Assembly: GCF_006345805.1 (NCBI RefSeq)
Contig: NC_043006.1
Coordinates: forward strand, 32,302,001 to 32,366,000
Direction: 5' to 3'
Source: Octopus sinensis
Taxonomy: Eukaryota
Length of the DNA: 64,000 bases
Numbering within the stretch: position 1 is the stretch's first letter; each line of letters begins with the position of its first letter. A program made the translations under genes and the position numbers. The notes beneath the pieces were generated by a model, which had not been told where the DNA came from, searched no databases, and saw nothing but the letters and a program-made list of their open reading frames with translations. Below, piece by piece: positions 1-11,404 of the stretch.

Positions 1-498
1 GTTGTTCAATGAAACTTCGAGATCACTGTCAATAAAATTGCAAGATAGTAAATCAGCTTGAATATAAACGACAATACTCCTTCCCCAAATTGAGGCCTTG
101 TAATAAGTTTCGTTCTTGAGGGGGCGTTTAATTCGATGTCAAAATAATCCTGCGACTACAGAACATGGTTCTGTATTAGCACTACACGTTGAGTTCGCCG
201 TCCTGGTTGTGACACTTACTTAATGTCTGGTTATGACATCTGGTAATTCCCTTTAGATTTCTATTCAATTAAAAATTCAACTAAACAGAGTTTCTTTTTA
301 GTTTTCTGTCAGAATATTAATACGTAGAAGACTTTGTGAAAATTTGTCAGACGTCTAAACCAAATGTTACACCCACACACCCACACACACAAACGACTTT
401 GTATATATACATGTTTGTATACATATATTTAAATATACGTATGAAAATATGTATATATAATATGCATAGATATATATTTACACACATATAGACACATT

Positions 499-559
<61 letters not shown>

Positions 560-579
560 GCTCGAGTTACATACAATTG

Positions 580-2075
580 AAGAATTAGACTTTTCTGTTA
601 TATTTTCTGTAATGAACTGGAATACCTATGCTTCGAATTTCATCAAAATTGCAGATGAGGGTTATTTCCCACTTTACACACCCAAACAAAATTGTAATCG
701 AGCCACATGTATCCCATACTCCTGATTTTTATGCGCATATTCCAAAATTCCAGTCTTATAGAACCTGTTAAAAGGATTTTGATCTTGAAAAATGGAGGTC
801 ATGGTGCTCTAAAATGTGAGAATTAACGCCCGTATTGGGGGTGGGCATCTTAATGCCAACAAAAGAAGTTGAATTGTTGAGAATCTTTTTAACTTGGGTC
901 TTATATCTATTGTTTGAATTTCTTTGAAATATGAAATATATGTTCACTGGGTTTGTAAAAGAGAGCAAAGCTACAGGAAACCAAAAGATGAATGATCACA
1001 ATAAGCAGTCAGCTAGAGTACCCTAGTCGTTACCACTCCCAATGTAGTATTCTTCACCATCAAGGTGACATGTACGGCCGTAAGATGCATTACGAATCTA
1101 TAGCAATTGGAAGGGCGTGACCCAACTGAAATAAACATTAACAACTGTGTGACGTGAGGGCTAAGGAGAAATGAAAGTTGGAGTTTGCAAATTACCACTA
1201 TACTGATACGTAACTGGATATAATAAATATACAACCTATAAATGTCTTTGAATAACCAGTCACTCATCTGGGAAGGTCTTGAAATCAATGTTACCATCTG
1301 GGGACTATGTGTGACCCAGTGATAATAAAAAGACAGAAAGGAGATCTGCAATCAAATAACTTTACTCAACACTTTGCAACTGAATCAGTGGAGGAAAAGA
1401 TGCCTATCATTTACTTGACAATTTATGCAGCACATTGCAGAAATCACAATCTAAGTGTATGCCAAAGTAAACTGTTACACTGTTGTATCATTGAATTACA
1501 AATAATGCTCATCTTCTATGCTTGGATGGCCCCACAGCTTCCAAGAACACAACTATTCGTCTTTGCTTAGATAAAATGACAAAATTGTGGGTGTTAAGTC
1601 CCCATGAAGGGGTCATTGTAACTTGTAAGAAATGAAATTTTATAAATATTACTTCATTTGTATCTAATATCTATGGTTAAAATTTCATCAACAGCAAAAA
1701 TATATGAATTGTCATGGGGGTTGTGGCCCTTATGCATAGAATATAATTCCCAAATTTCGTAAAGATCCATTCAGACTTAGTTTTGGATCATAAAAGAAAT
1801 GACTAAAATTTGGGAGTTAAGGCCCCCATTAGGGTGTCTTAGAATCCTCATGTGAAGTGGAAACTTTGAGAACACTTCTTGATGTGTGTCAATTACCCAC
1901 GGTTGAAATTTCATCAACATCGAAAATTTATGAAATTTCATGGGGGGTTCTGTCCCCTTTAAGCCATCTGAAATTCAAACCAAGCACTTTGCATTATGCC
2001 CGCCCTTATGCATTGAATCTAAGTTTCAAATATCCTGAGGATCCATTCAGTAATTTTGTTCCATGAAATTGTATG
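580..2075. mobile_element. Probable decayed DNA-transposon-derived repeat with subterminal repeats
   Basis: Recurring aaatttcatcaa(c/a) and gatccattcag motifs at about 633, 1680, 1765, 1905 and 2040; two ~55-bp direct repeats (1680-1730 and 1905-1957). Confidence 0.3.
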
Positions 2076-2532
2076 AAACACACAGCATTACCCTTCTCTC
2101 TAGGCTTCGATTTTGTGTTCCAAATTTCATTATGATCGGTGCAGCAATTTTCGAATGTATAAGTAATACACGAACACATAAAGACATTGTCTTTGTTAAA
2201 AAAATATGAATGTACACATATATATATATGTGCGCGCGCGCGTATTATATATATATATACACACGCACAACGATAAATTGATAGATACAACTGAGTGGGC
2301 AAACAAAAATATGAGACACAGCGTAGTGCTATTTTTATGTTCATAAGCTTGGTACTAATTCTATTAGTTTCTTCTTGTGAAACCAGAAAGTTATGGGTAT
2401 GTAAATAAACACAGACACAAAGTCACGCACATACACTTAAATATATATATATATATATATATATGATTGATTTCTTTAAGTTTCTGTCTACGAAATCCAT
2501 ATATATATATATATATGTATGTATGTATGTAT

Positions 2533-2583
<51 letters not shown>

Positions 2584-2649
2584 ACACACACACACACAGA
2601 CACACACACACACACACACACAAAGATAAATTGTGTGGGCAAACAAAAA

Positions 2650-3000
2650 TATGAGATACTGCCTAGTGGGTTTTTTTATTATTTTGATAAGCCTGGTACT
2701 TATTCTATCAGTTTCTTCTTGTGAAACCAGTAAGGTATGGGGATGTAAATAAACGAACACCAGTTGTGAGGCAGTGATGAGGGAGAAACACAAAGGCACA
2801 CACACAGACTTACATATATACATACATATATATATATATGAATGATTTCTTTCAGTTTCTGTCTACAAAATCCACTGACAAGGATTTTGTTGATCTGAGG
2901 CTGTAGCAGAAGACACATGCCAAGTCACCACACATTGGGACTGAACACAGGACCATGTGTTTTGGAACGAAGTTTGTTACCACACAGCCACACCTGCACC
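2650..3000 (-). mobile_element. SINE family A, diverged; partial direct duplicate at 2305-2495, inverted head copy at 3192-3250
   Basis: tttctttcagtttctgtctac..aaatccact, agaagacacatgcc, ttaccacacagccacacctgc. Confidence 0.8.
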
Positions 3001-3511
3001 TATGTATGTGTATGTGTATGTGTGTATGGGTGTATATATGTATACATGTATATATGTGAATATATATGTGTACATATTACATGTACATCTATATATATAT
3101 ACATCTACACATATACATGTATATATATACATCTATATGTATAGAAATAAATGTATACATATACAACTATACACACACACAAACACACACGTACATAGGT
3201 GCAGGTGTGGCTGTGTGGTAACAAACTTCGTTCCAAAACACATGGTCCTGGGTTTAAATTTAAATTTAAAATAATAAGGGTGAGAAATTGAATATTAATT
3301 TGATTAATATGAATTGAAAACCAGTGGTTTAGCATATAAGTCCATAGCGGATCTTCTTCTAGCAAAATGGATGCCCACTGTTAATGGTTCATCCCTCTTA
3401 TATGATAGTTTGACTTTAATAGTTACAGTATTAAAGTGAAAGTATCTGACATTACAATAGAGAGATGTTTTTGTTTCACTTTTAACACGTAATACTGAAA
3501 TAGTGGAGAAG

Positions 3512-3688
3512 ATATGATAATGCTGTGGGCTCGCCCTAGGCAAAAAGTTAGAAATGCTTTTGCCCACGACGCTCCCTGGACCCTAAGGCCTGTGTAAAAT
3601 TTGAATGAAATTGGTTGCGTAGTTCTCAAGTTTTAGGGATTCACACAGACAGACAGACACACATTCTCAGTTTTATATATATATAGAT
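3512..3688 (+). mobile_element. Helitron/Helentron-associated non-autonomous element, 3' part
   Basis: aaatttgaatgaaattggttgcgtagttctcaagtttt...(ACAG)n...ttttatatatatatagat, the typical DINE-1/Lep1-like end. A second copy lies at 13462-13632. Confidence 0.6.
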
Positions 3689-4259
3689 ATATATATATGC
3701 ATACGCACACATACGTATATGTGTGTGCGTATGCATGCTTACACAAACACTATATGTATGTATGCATATATCGTTGCATGTTTATAGTACATATACATGT
3801 GTGTGTATACATACATATGTACATACATACATACATACATACATACATACATACATACATACATGCATGCATACATACATACATACATACATACATACAT
3901 ACATACATACGTCCTCCATCCTAAACCGGGTGATTTAACGTGTGTAGAGTGTGGAAGGGTTTGCAAGTCGATTTCGATTCTAAGACATAGGGCGTTTCGC
4001 AGGGATCTCTCAGAGTGATCGGATCAATCCAATGGAAGTTACAAGGTTACATCTGTCACCAATACTGCAAACCATGCAGATCTTATATTTAAAAACCCGT
4101 TAATAGATTTAATGTCAAAGGTAAATTAGAGAAAGAGAAGAAATTAAGAGAAAATTAAGAATGGGAAAATATGTGATAGATGAATGAGAAGAGATTTTAA
4201 ACGCGTGGAAATAGATATATGTAGTGGAAATGTTAAAAGTCGAATTTTATAGATTGATA

Positions 4260-4290
<31 letters not shown>

Positions 4291-4293
<3 letters not shown>

Positions 4294-5764
4294 TAAAAAT
4301 TATAGGCCTATCTCTCTGACCTCACACATCAGCAAAGTCATGGAACGAATAGTCCGTAAGAAACTAATCATGTTCCTTGAAGAAAATGACTTACTGTCTG
4401 ACACCCAGCATGGATTTCGACCAGGTAGAGGCTGCCTAACACAGCTCCTGCAACACTATGACTGGGTGTTGAAACAGCTACTAAATGGCTCAAATGTGGA
4501 TGTAATATATCTTGACTTTGCAAAAGCCTTTGATAAAGTCGACCATGGTATGATCTGTCACAAACTGCGTGGTCTCGGCATAGGCGGGAAACTTGGAGAG
4601 TGGCTGCACAACTTCCTAAAAGACAGAAAACAGGCAGTTGTGAGCAATGGAGCCACCTCCAGGGAAACGCAAATAACAAGCGGTGTCCCACAGGGCACTG
4701 TCTTGGGGCCACTGATGTTCATAGTGGCCCTTTCAGACATGCCTTCAGTTGCTACGATGACCACCCTTGCTAGCTATGCAGATGACACAAAAGTCTCCCA
4801 CGCAATACAAAACCCTGAAAATATTGCGCATCTGCAACATGAGCTGGACACAATATACAGGTGGGCTGAGGACAACAACATGCAGTTTAATGCAGGTAAG
4901 TTCCAGGCCCTGCGCTACTGGCACACAAAGGTAAATGACGTGAAGACTGGATACACTGGCCCAGGAAGAATTGCAATCCCTGAGTCAAAATCAGTGCGTG
5001 ACCTGGGCATTGACATGAGCAATGATGCATCTTTCCAAATGCATATTGCTAATCTGGTGATAAAATGCAGACGGCTAGCTGGATGGATTCTCCGAACTTT
5101 CAGAACAAGAGAGAAGGAGACACTGATGGTCCTATGGAAAACATTTGTCCTCAGCCGCTTGGACTACTGCTCCCAACTTTGGTCACCACACAATATAAAA
5201 CAAACAGCAGAACTCGAAGCAACTCAGAGAAGCTACACAAAGAAAATCGTCTCAATGCAAAATGTCAGCTACTGGGAAAGACTGAAGGTATTAAACCTCT
5301 TCTCCCTGGAGCGGAGGCGGGAGAGATATGCAGTGATATACATCTGGAAAATCCTGGAGGGTCTTGTCCCAAACTTTGGCATTCAAAGTTACTCCAACCG
5401 CAGAACGGGGCGCCGCTGCGTGGTGCCAAGGATTCCAACATCACCATCAAAATACAGGTCCAGATACTGCAACAGCTTGGGTTTCAGAGGACCACAGCTC
5501 TTTAACATCCTCCCTAAATGCCTGAGAGACTTACATGGTGTGGATGTGGGTTTCTTTAAAACTAAACTGGATCTCTTCTTGTTGGGAGTCCCAGATGAAC
5601 CTACCTCACGACAGGAGACACGGATGCGGGCAGCAGCATCGAACTCCCTTGTTGATCAAGTGCCACGTATCAGAGGTGGATTCACAAACTAGTGTAGCTC
5701 ATTCAGCGGTGGTGCCCCAGCATGGCCGCGGCCTTCGGGCTAAAACATTTTTAAGGATTTAAGG

Positions 5765-5768
<4 letters not shown>
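4291..5768 (+). mobile_element. 5'-truncated CR1/L2-group non-LTR retrotransposon with 3' UTR and (TTTAAGGA)-type tail
   Basis: RT homology starts at 4292 (AKNYRPISLTSHISKVMER), directly after a (TA)n run. The 3' UTR ends in tttaaggatttaaggattt (5749-5768), followed by another (TA)n run. Confidence 0.92.
4340..5692 (+). CDS. LINE reverse transcriptase, uninterrupted 450-aa ORF; endonuclease domain missing
   Basis: Motifs QHGFRPGRGC, YLDFAKAFDKVDH, SGVPQGTVLGPLMF, YADDTK, DLGI, LDYCSQLWSP, RLKVLNLFSLERRR. Confidence 0.93.
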   Translation: MERIVRKKLIMFLEENDLLSDTQHGFRPGRGCLTQLLQHYDWVLKQLLNGSNVDVIYLDFAKAFDKVDHGMICHKLRGLGIGGKLGEWLHNFLKDRKQAVVSNGATSRETQITSGVPQGTVLGPLMFIVALSDMPSVATMTTLASYADDTKVSHAIQNPENIAHLQHELDTIYRWAEDNNMQFNAGKFQALRYWHTKVNDVKTGYTGPGRIAIPESKSVRDLGIDMSNDASFQMHIANLVIKCRRLAGWILRTFRTREKETLMVLWKTFVLSRLDYCSQLWSPHNIKQTAELEATQRSYTKKIVSMQNVSYWERLKVLNLFSLERRRERYAVIYIWKILEGLVPNFGIQSYSNRRTGRRCVVPRIPTSPSKYRSRYCNSLGFRGPQLFNILPKCLRDLHGVDVGFFKTKLDLFLLGVPDEPTSRQETRMRAAASNSLVDQVPRIRGGFTN

Positions 5769-5803
<35 letters not shown>

Positions 5804-5899
5804 AATGGTAATGCTGCTTTGTAATAATCTTTATTATTGTGATCAACTAGTCCTTTCCCACCAAATTTCAGGCCTTGTGCCTATAATAGAAAGATCTAT

Positions 5900-5946
<47 letters not shown>

Positions 5947-6011
5947 GTATGTACGTAAGCATATATATATATAAGTAATGTATATACGTATTTATGTACG
6001 TTTATATACAG

Positions 6012-6108
<97 letters not shown>

Positions 6109-6120
6109 AATATATGTATT

Positions 6121-6250
6121 CTTTTATTCTTTTATATTTACTTGTTCCAGTCATTAGACTGCGGTCATGCTGGGACACCTTAAAGAATTTTAGTCGAATG
6201 TATCAATCGCAGTACTTATATTTTTAAAGCCTGTCACTTATTCTGTCCCA
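6121..6250 (-). mobile_element. SINE family A 3' fragment (other fragments at 17290-17420 -, 32520-32650 +, 33600-33735 +, 46095-46245 +, 52255-52495 +, 53232-53315 -)
   Basis: cagtcattagactgcggtcatgctgggacacc is the reverse complement of the family tail. Confidence 0.75.
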
Positions 6251-6596
6251 TTCTGAATGTTCCGTTTTGTCAGTTGTAAGAGAGACGAAAGTGTCTGTGT
6301 CTGTTGACAACCGGATTGCTACATATGGATGTTTTTGTGAATATAAGCGCAAAACGAAGCGTCATGTTGTGTCCCCTTAATCCCCAATGTAACTTCCCCT
6401 TCGATATACAGATATAAAAAAACTAAGCAACTTAGCGACATAGTGACGCCACTGATTAACTCCCTTTAAGCATAGGCGCTGTCAAGAGACTGAAACCAGT
6501 GAAAGACTATGTATGTGTGTGAGTGTTAGTATATAAATATATATGTTTGATAATTATTATCACTAAATAAATATTACTTCGCAGTATTTATACATG

Positions 6597-7237
6597 CGTG
6601 TGTGCAAAATTAGGTATACAGTAAGTATCACATCAATCTGAGAGATTTAGAAATATTAATATTTCTATTTTTGAAAACAAGTGGATGTGTTCCACTGAAT
6701 AAATGTAAATAAACCTTCGAATAGACAGTCAGCAGCGGCGCCTGCTGGATTCAGCTGCCCCTTATTGATAAGGAGCAATTACCCCGAAACTAGTCTGTGG
6801 GTGTTGAACCAGCAAGGGAAAGCTGCTGACCTCCCCTGTTCGAAGGCTGTAAGGGACACAGGTTTGTGTATCGCATAGCTAGTTCGAGGCAATGGCTTCT
6901 AGGAGCTAATCAACAGCAGCATTCGTCTTATTTCCTTGGACTGCCATGTTAGCTTGGCGATAACAATTAATATCCAGTATTGCCGCCGTAGTCTCCTTTA
7001 GAGAAATTCAGAAATATTAATATTTCTAACGTTATAATATTTCATTCATTAAAATTATCAGCACACTAAATTAGTTAGCCTCATTTTAGATATTTTCAGC
7101 ATTATTAATCATAATAATATATTCATCATAACTATAATAATACTTTTATTGTGACTTTTAACATTTTGATAAAAATAAATGAGTATTGTACGTGTTTTCT
7201 TTTTACATTACAGTATACCTACTTTTGCATCACCCTG
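6597..7237. mobile_element. Tc1/mariner-type MITE-like element with a nested insert
   Basis: Inverted repeats 6603-6624 and 7208-7229 match at 20/22. The right end is caccctg|ta. Confidence 0.55.
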
Positions 7238-7439
7238 TATCTATGTGTTTGAATGACTTTTGAAACAGTTAACCCAGAGATCGACGGTTCATACTGTGTT
7301 GCCAGCATTCCCATGTGTCATTGGAAAAGAAAACTAACTATCACTGACACCCAGGTAGGTTGTGATGCACTATGCGACAAATTTAGTGGCGGTGAGAAGT
7401 AGCAACACCGCAAAATCAACGAATCATTGATTAGTGGTG

Positions 7440-7625
7440 ATGGTAGCGGTAGTTTTTAGTCCCTGGTCAACTCTGATCGAGAAGACTTGTCATTGGAAAG
7501 CATCCTAATCATGACCATACTTACGAGTGTATGTACGACAACGTCATTCGAGGTGCTCTCCTTTATCTAATACTGTAAAGCATTATTTGAGGGGGATTTG
7601 CCTGCCATTTTTTTCATGTTAAGGC
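7440..7625. repeat. Dispersed repeat fragment (related pieces at 24380-24480, 28195-28295, 39345-39395)
   Basis: Shared motifs catgaccat(c)cc and gagggagatttggctgctatttctagcaggttg-like. Confidence 0.5.
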
Positions 7626-10600
7626 GACACGTAGTGGATCTCCCGTTGTTGATTCGTTAGTTAGACCCACACGGATGTATTGAATGTGATAGCCTGAATG
7701 TAATCAAACTCATCAAACATATTAGTTCTTAGTCCACTTAATGCTACAAGACACCGAAGGGTTTGCGGCCAAACAGAATATCGACGAACCAAAGAAGGAA
7801 CTTTCAGGCGATGTTCAATCTGCTGCAAAATATAGCAAAATTTCCTTCAAATTACATTCGATTGTTTTAGAATGGCGTGAAACATTAGAGGAGCAATGCA
7901 GTCTTGGACATACAAAGACGTGGGGAAAATTCGAACGCCTTTCAATATGGGTGTCATGATGAGGGATTACTTGGGGCTAATTTGCAATAACAAGAACGAA
8001 AACAAGCAAACAATGGAGCCTCGGGCTAAAAGAAAAAAACAACATTTGAAATCTACGAATTAAAAGACAGTCAGATTTAGGCGAGCTCGAATGTGAATGT
8101 TCCTAGTTACGGATTACTCAACGTTGAGGATCTGATACGAATCGTAAATTCCATGAACCACAATCTGATAACTTTCCTACTGACTCGTCTTTCAACTCCA
8201 CACTCTTTTTAAATGAGAGCCACTTAATTACTCCGAAATTTTTTAATAATTTTCTGCCATTATATTTAATACGATAATTCATTTCTACTATTAATTTTAT
8301 AACTCCCCACGGTGTGCCGAATTTTGTGCCATTCTCTGATTATTTTATGACTGGTGATAATGAAAAATTTAAAACCAATCTAGAAATAAAAAAATAAAAA
8401 CATAACTTCTTTACGATTTTAATAGTTACTAATTAAATTTAATTGTTATATATTTAAATAATTTAGTTGATGTTTTCGTGTATTCATACTTTCCCACTCC
8501 TGTTCCTGTTTTATCCCCGCGAAGCTCAGGTGAAACTTTTGTACACTTTTTTAATCTGTTCTCTAATGTAGCATTAACTTGTCGATTAAACTGTTCGGCA
8601 CCAATTGATTAAAATCGCTGTCACAATCCTCAACGGCTTTCGTAGCCAAAGGCGTATGCACTTTACTATCAAAATTTTAAAAATCTCTTTTAAACCCTAA
8701 TTGCAAGTAAGAATTTTTGCACAAGGCCAGCAATATCAGAGTGGGGTAAATTTATTACATCGACCCTATTATACAACTGGTATTTATTTTATCGATCTCA
8801 AAAAGATGAAAGGCTCGGTCGACCTCGGCGGTATTTGAAGGTAATTAAAGTAATATTATTGCTAGAGCTTAAATGGAATTTAGTCGACAGCATCGACCGC
8901 ACTGATTGGCTGATACTTTATTTTTATCGACGCTGGTAGGACGGAAAGTGAAGCTGACCTCGGAGTAATTCGAACACAGGATATAAATAGTCTTAAGAAA
9001 TATTGCACGGCATTTTGTCTGACGCTCTAACGATACTGCCAATCTATCACCCTGGTAACAACTAAAATTAGTTTTTAAAATTTCTTTATATTAGTTTATA
9101 GAGGAGCTTTCATTGTTAACTTACCCCTGTATATTACTGGTACGTATGTAATGATTATCAGAAGGAAGACGTAAATATATATTGATTTCTAGCATAACAA
9201 TGCTACACATTTTAAATCAGCTTCAGTACTTGTCACATCCTTAATTATTCACGCCAAAAAAGTGGAAGACAAAATCATGTCTGGCATGAAATGAAATCAG
9301 AAAACAAAGGAATATACGTAGGTACCTCAAAGCATTTCGTTCTTTGATTTACCATTCCGCGAAACCACAACTCACGATGTCAGTAAATATTGTAAAATAT
9401 TTAAACTAGCGCTCAACCATTTCTATCATCCAACAGAGACAACAATGGTCTAGCTTCGGCGTTCCATACAAGGTGAAGGGTCGCCTGGACTGATAAATAT
9501 ATTTCTTCTTCGGCGAAAGATTATAGGTGTGTTACAAACACACTACACCCTTTACCCAGTCTCAAAACTAGCACTTTTTTCTGAAAGTACGAATCTATTT
9601 TGTGTCTTCACTTAGTTTTATTACCAAGCAGATATTGAATAAGGAATAATTGGAGAGGTGCAAATTGGTGCAAATCCAGATTTACTTGAGACGTCGAGTG
9701 TACACTGGATGTTACTCGTTATTTTATGCTTTACAAGTACTACATTCATATCTCCGGAGATTTAACTTAATCAGCAATCTGTTAAAAAGATTAGTTAATG
9801 TAGGTTTACCTACATTACTTGCCTTTCCCTCTGCCATGTCGACACGTAAGCAATTACAGTCGATCCTTGTTCAGGAAAACTCCCATTTCAAATTCAAGAG
9901 TAGTATCCCAACTCCTTTTTGATATAAGGCCAACTAGCAACTGATACAGAGCTTTTCAGGGGACTTGAGTCAAGACTGACACAAGTCCAAATGGACAACA
10001 AATTGCTCGGTGAATGTAGCTATGATCACACATGAAACTAAACATAAATTTATACAGAAAACACTGGACTCTTAAATCTCAGTTCGGTTGGCGTACTTTC
10101 TTCTATATTTCTAGGTGAAGTTTTTTAACACGGGCGAGACAAGAGTTGTTTCAAAATATAAGCTGCCGTCTTGAGGTGTACAAACGAAGATACAACGTTT
10201 AGACGCTTCTTAGCTGCTATTTCCACTGATGAAATTGTATAACCAATCAGATAAATGTGGCAATCTGAAAAAACGATAATTTTTTTTCATTTTTAAGGCT
10301 TTATTGTTGCCTGCTTTGTCTCGCCTTGTCACTAACAAGAGATACAGACTGCAGAAATATTCATGAACCATTTGTATGAGAATAAATATCACCTGGAAAT
10401 TACCATAGCACAGATTTCCAATAAAATGATTTCTGGCAGTATCCTCAATTTTTCCTTGTCGTTGCCTCCCTATCGCCAGCAGTAGAATTCTAAAACATAA
10501 AAATGGAATTTGGAAAGCTATAATTACAAACTCACTCATTGAACAGCCCTTTCAATAATTTCATTTCGTTGTGCTATTCACAATTTTTGGTTTTTTTCCA

Positions 10601-11404
10601 ATAACACAATTTGGTACAAGGTATGCCGCGAACATGGATCTCAGATCTCAGAAGTTGTATCACTTTTTTTTATCAACTGAGGAATTTCTAAGTCCTTCGA
10701 GTATTTCCAAGTCCTTTATGGTCAACTTGTCATCGACATCTATGTTCGGTTCATCTGTCCTTTTTGTTTTGTACATACACACATACCCAAGCATCAACAT
10801 CTCACACACACATACACGTGTGTGTGTTTATATATATATGGGTGGTGCGTTGTATTCTTGAGCAAAACACTTCATTTTACGTTACTCCAGTCCCCTCTTT
10901 TTGATCTGGGGAAAATGTTGGCTTGCTCAACTAGTAGATGGGGTGGAATCTTTTGAAGGGTAAAACAATGCAAAGCGCATCATTGTGACCAGCAATGTGC
11001 AATAACATCTGATAGACTGATGGATCACGTGATATATATATATCACGACTGATTTTAAGACTAGATATAGGGAGCACACATATTCATTTACTAATCAAGA
11101 AAGAAAAACTCAACCGCACTAGCTACCCACATTAATAAATTAAAATGCTTAATAGGGAATTCAACCTGAATTGGTCTATTATAACGGAAACCATACCGTA
11201 CAATACTTATACTAGAAATTTTACATTATGCACAAAAGAATCAATCAATATACACCGCACTGATAAAAAAAGTTTTACTTAATAAGATTTCGGATGTCAT
11301 AATTCCTTGTAAACGTTGTTTGCCTGTTGTGGTTTGGTTGAAAGTACTTGTATTTATAAGTATACAGAGCAGGTAAAAAAAAAGAGATATTTTATTATTT
11401 AAGC

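Noticed and set aside
7741-7959. 72-aa ORF with LEEQCSLG, faintly like LINE EEQCGFR
   Set aside because: No other RT motifs in register.
9950-10780. Non-repetitive, possibly coding-derived minus-strand stretch
   Set aside because: No motif recognised in any frame.
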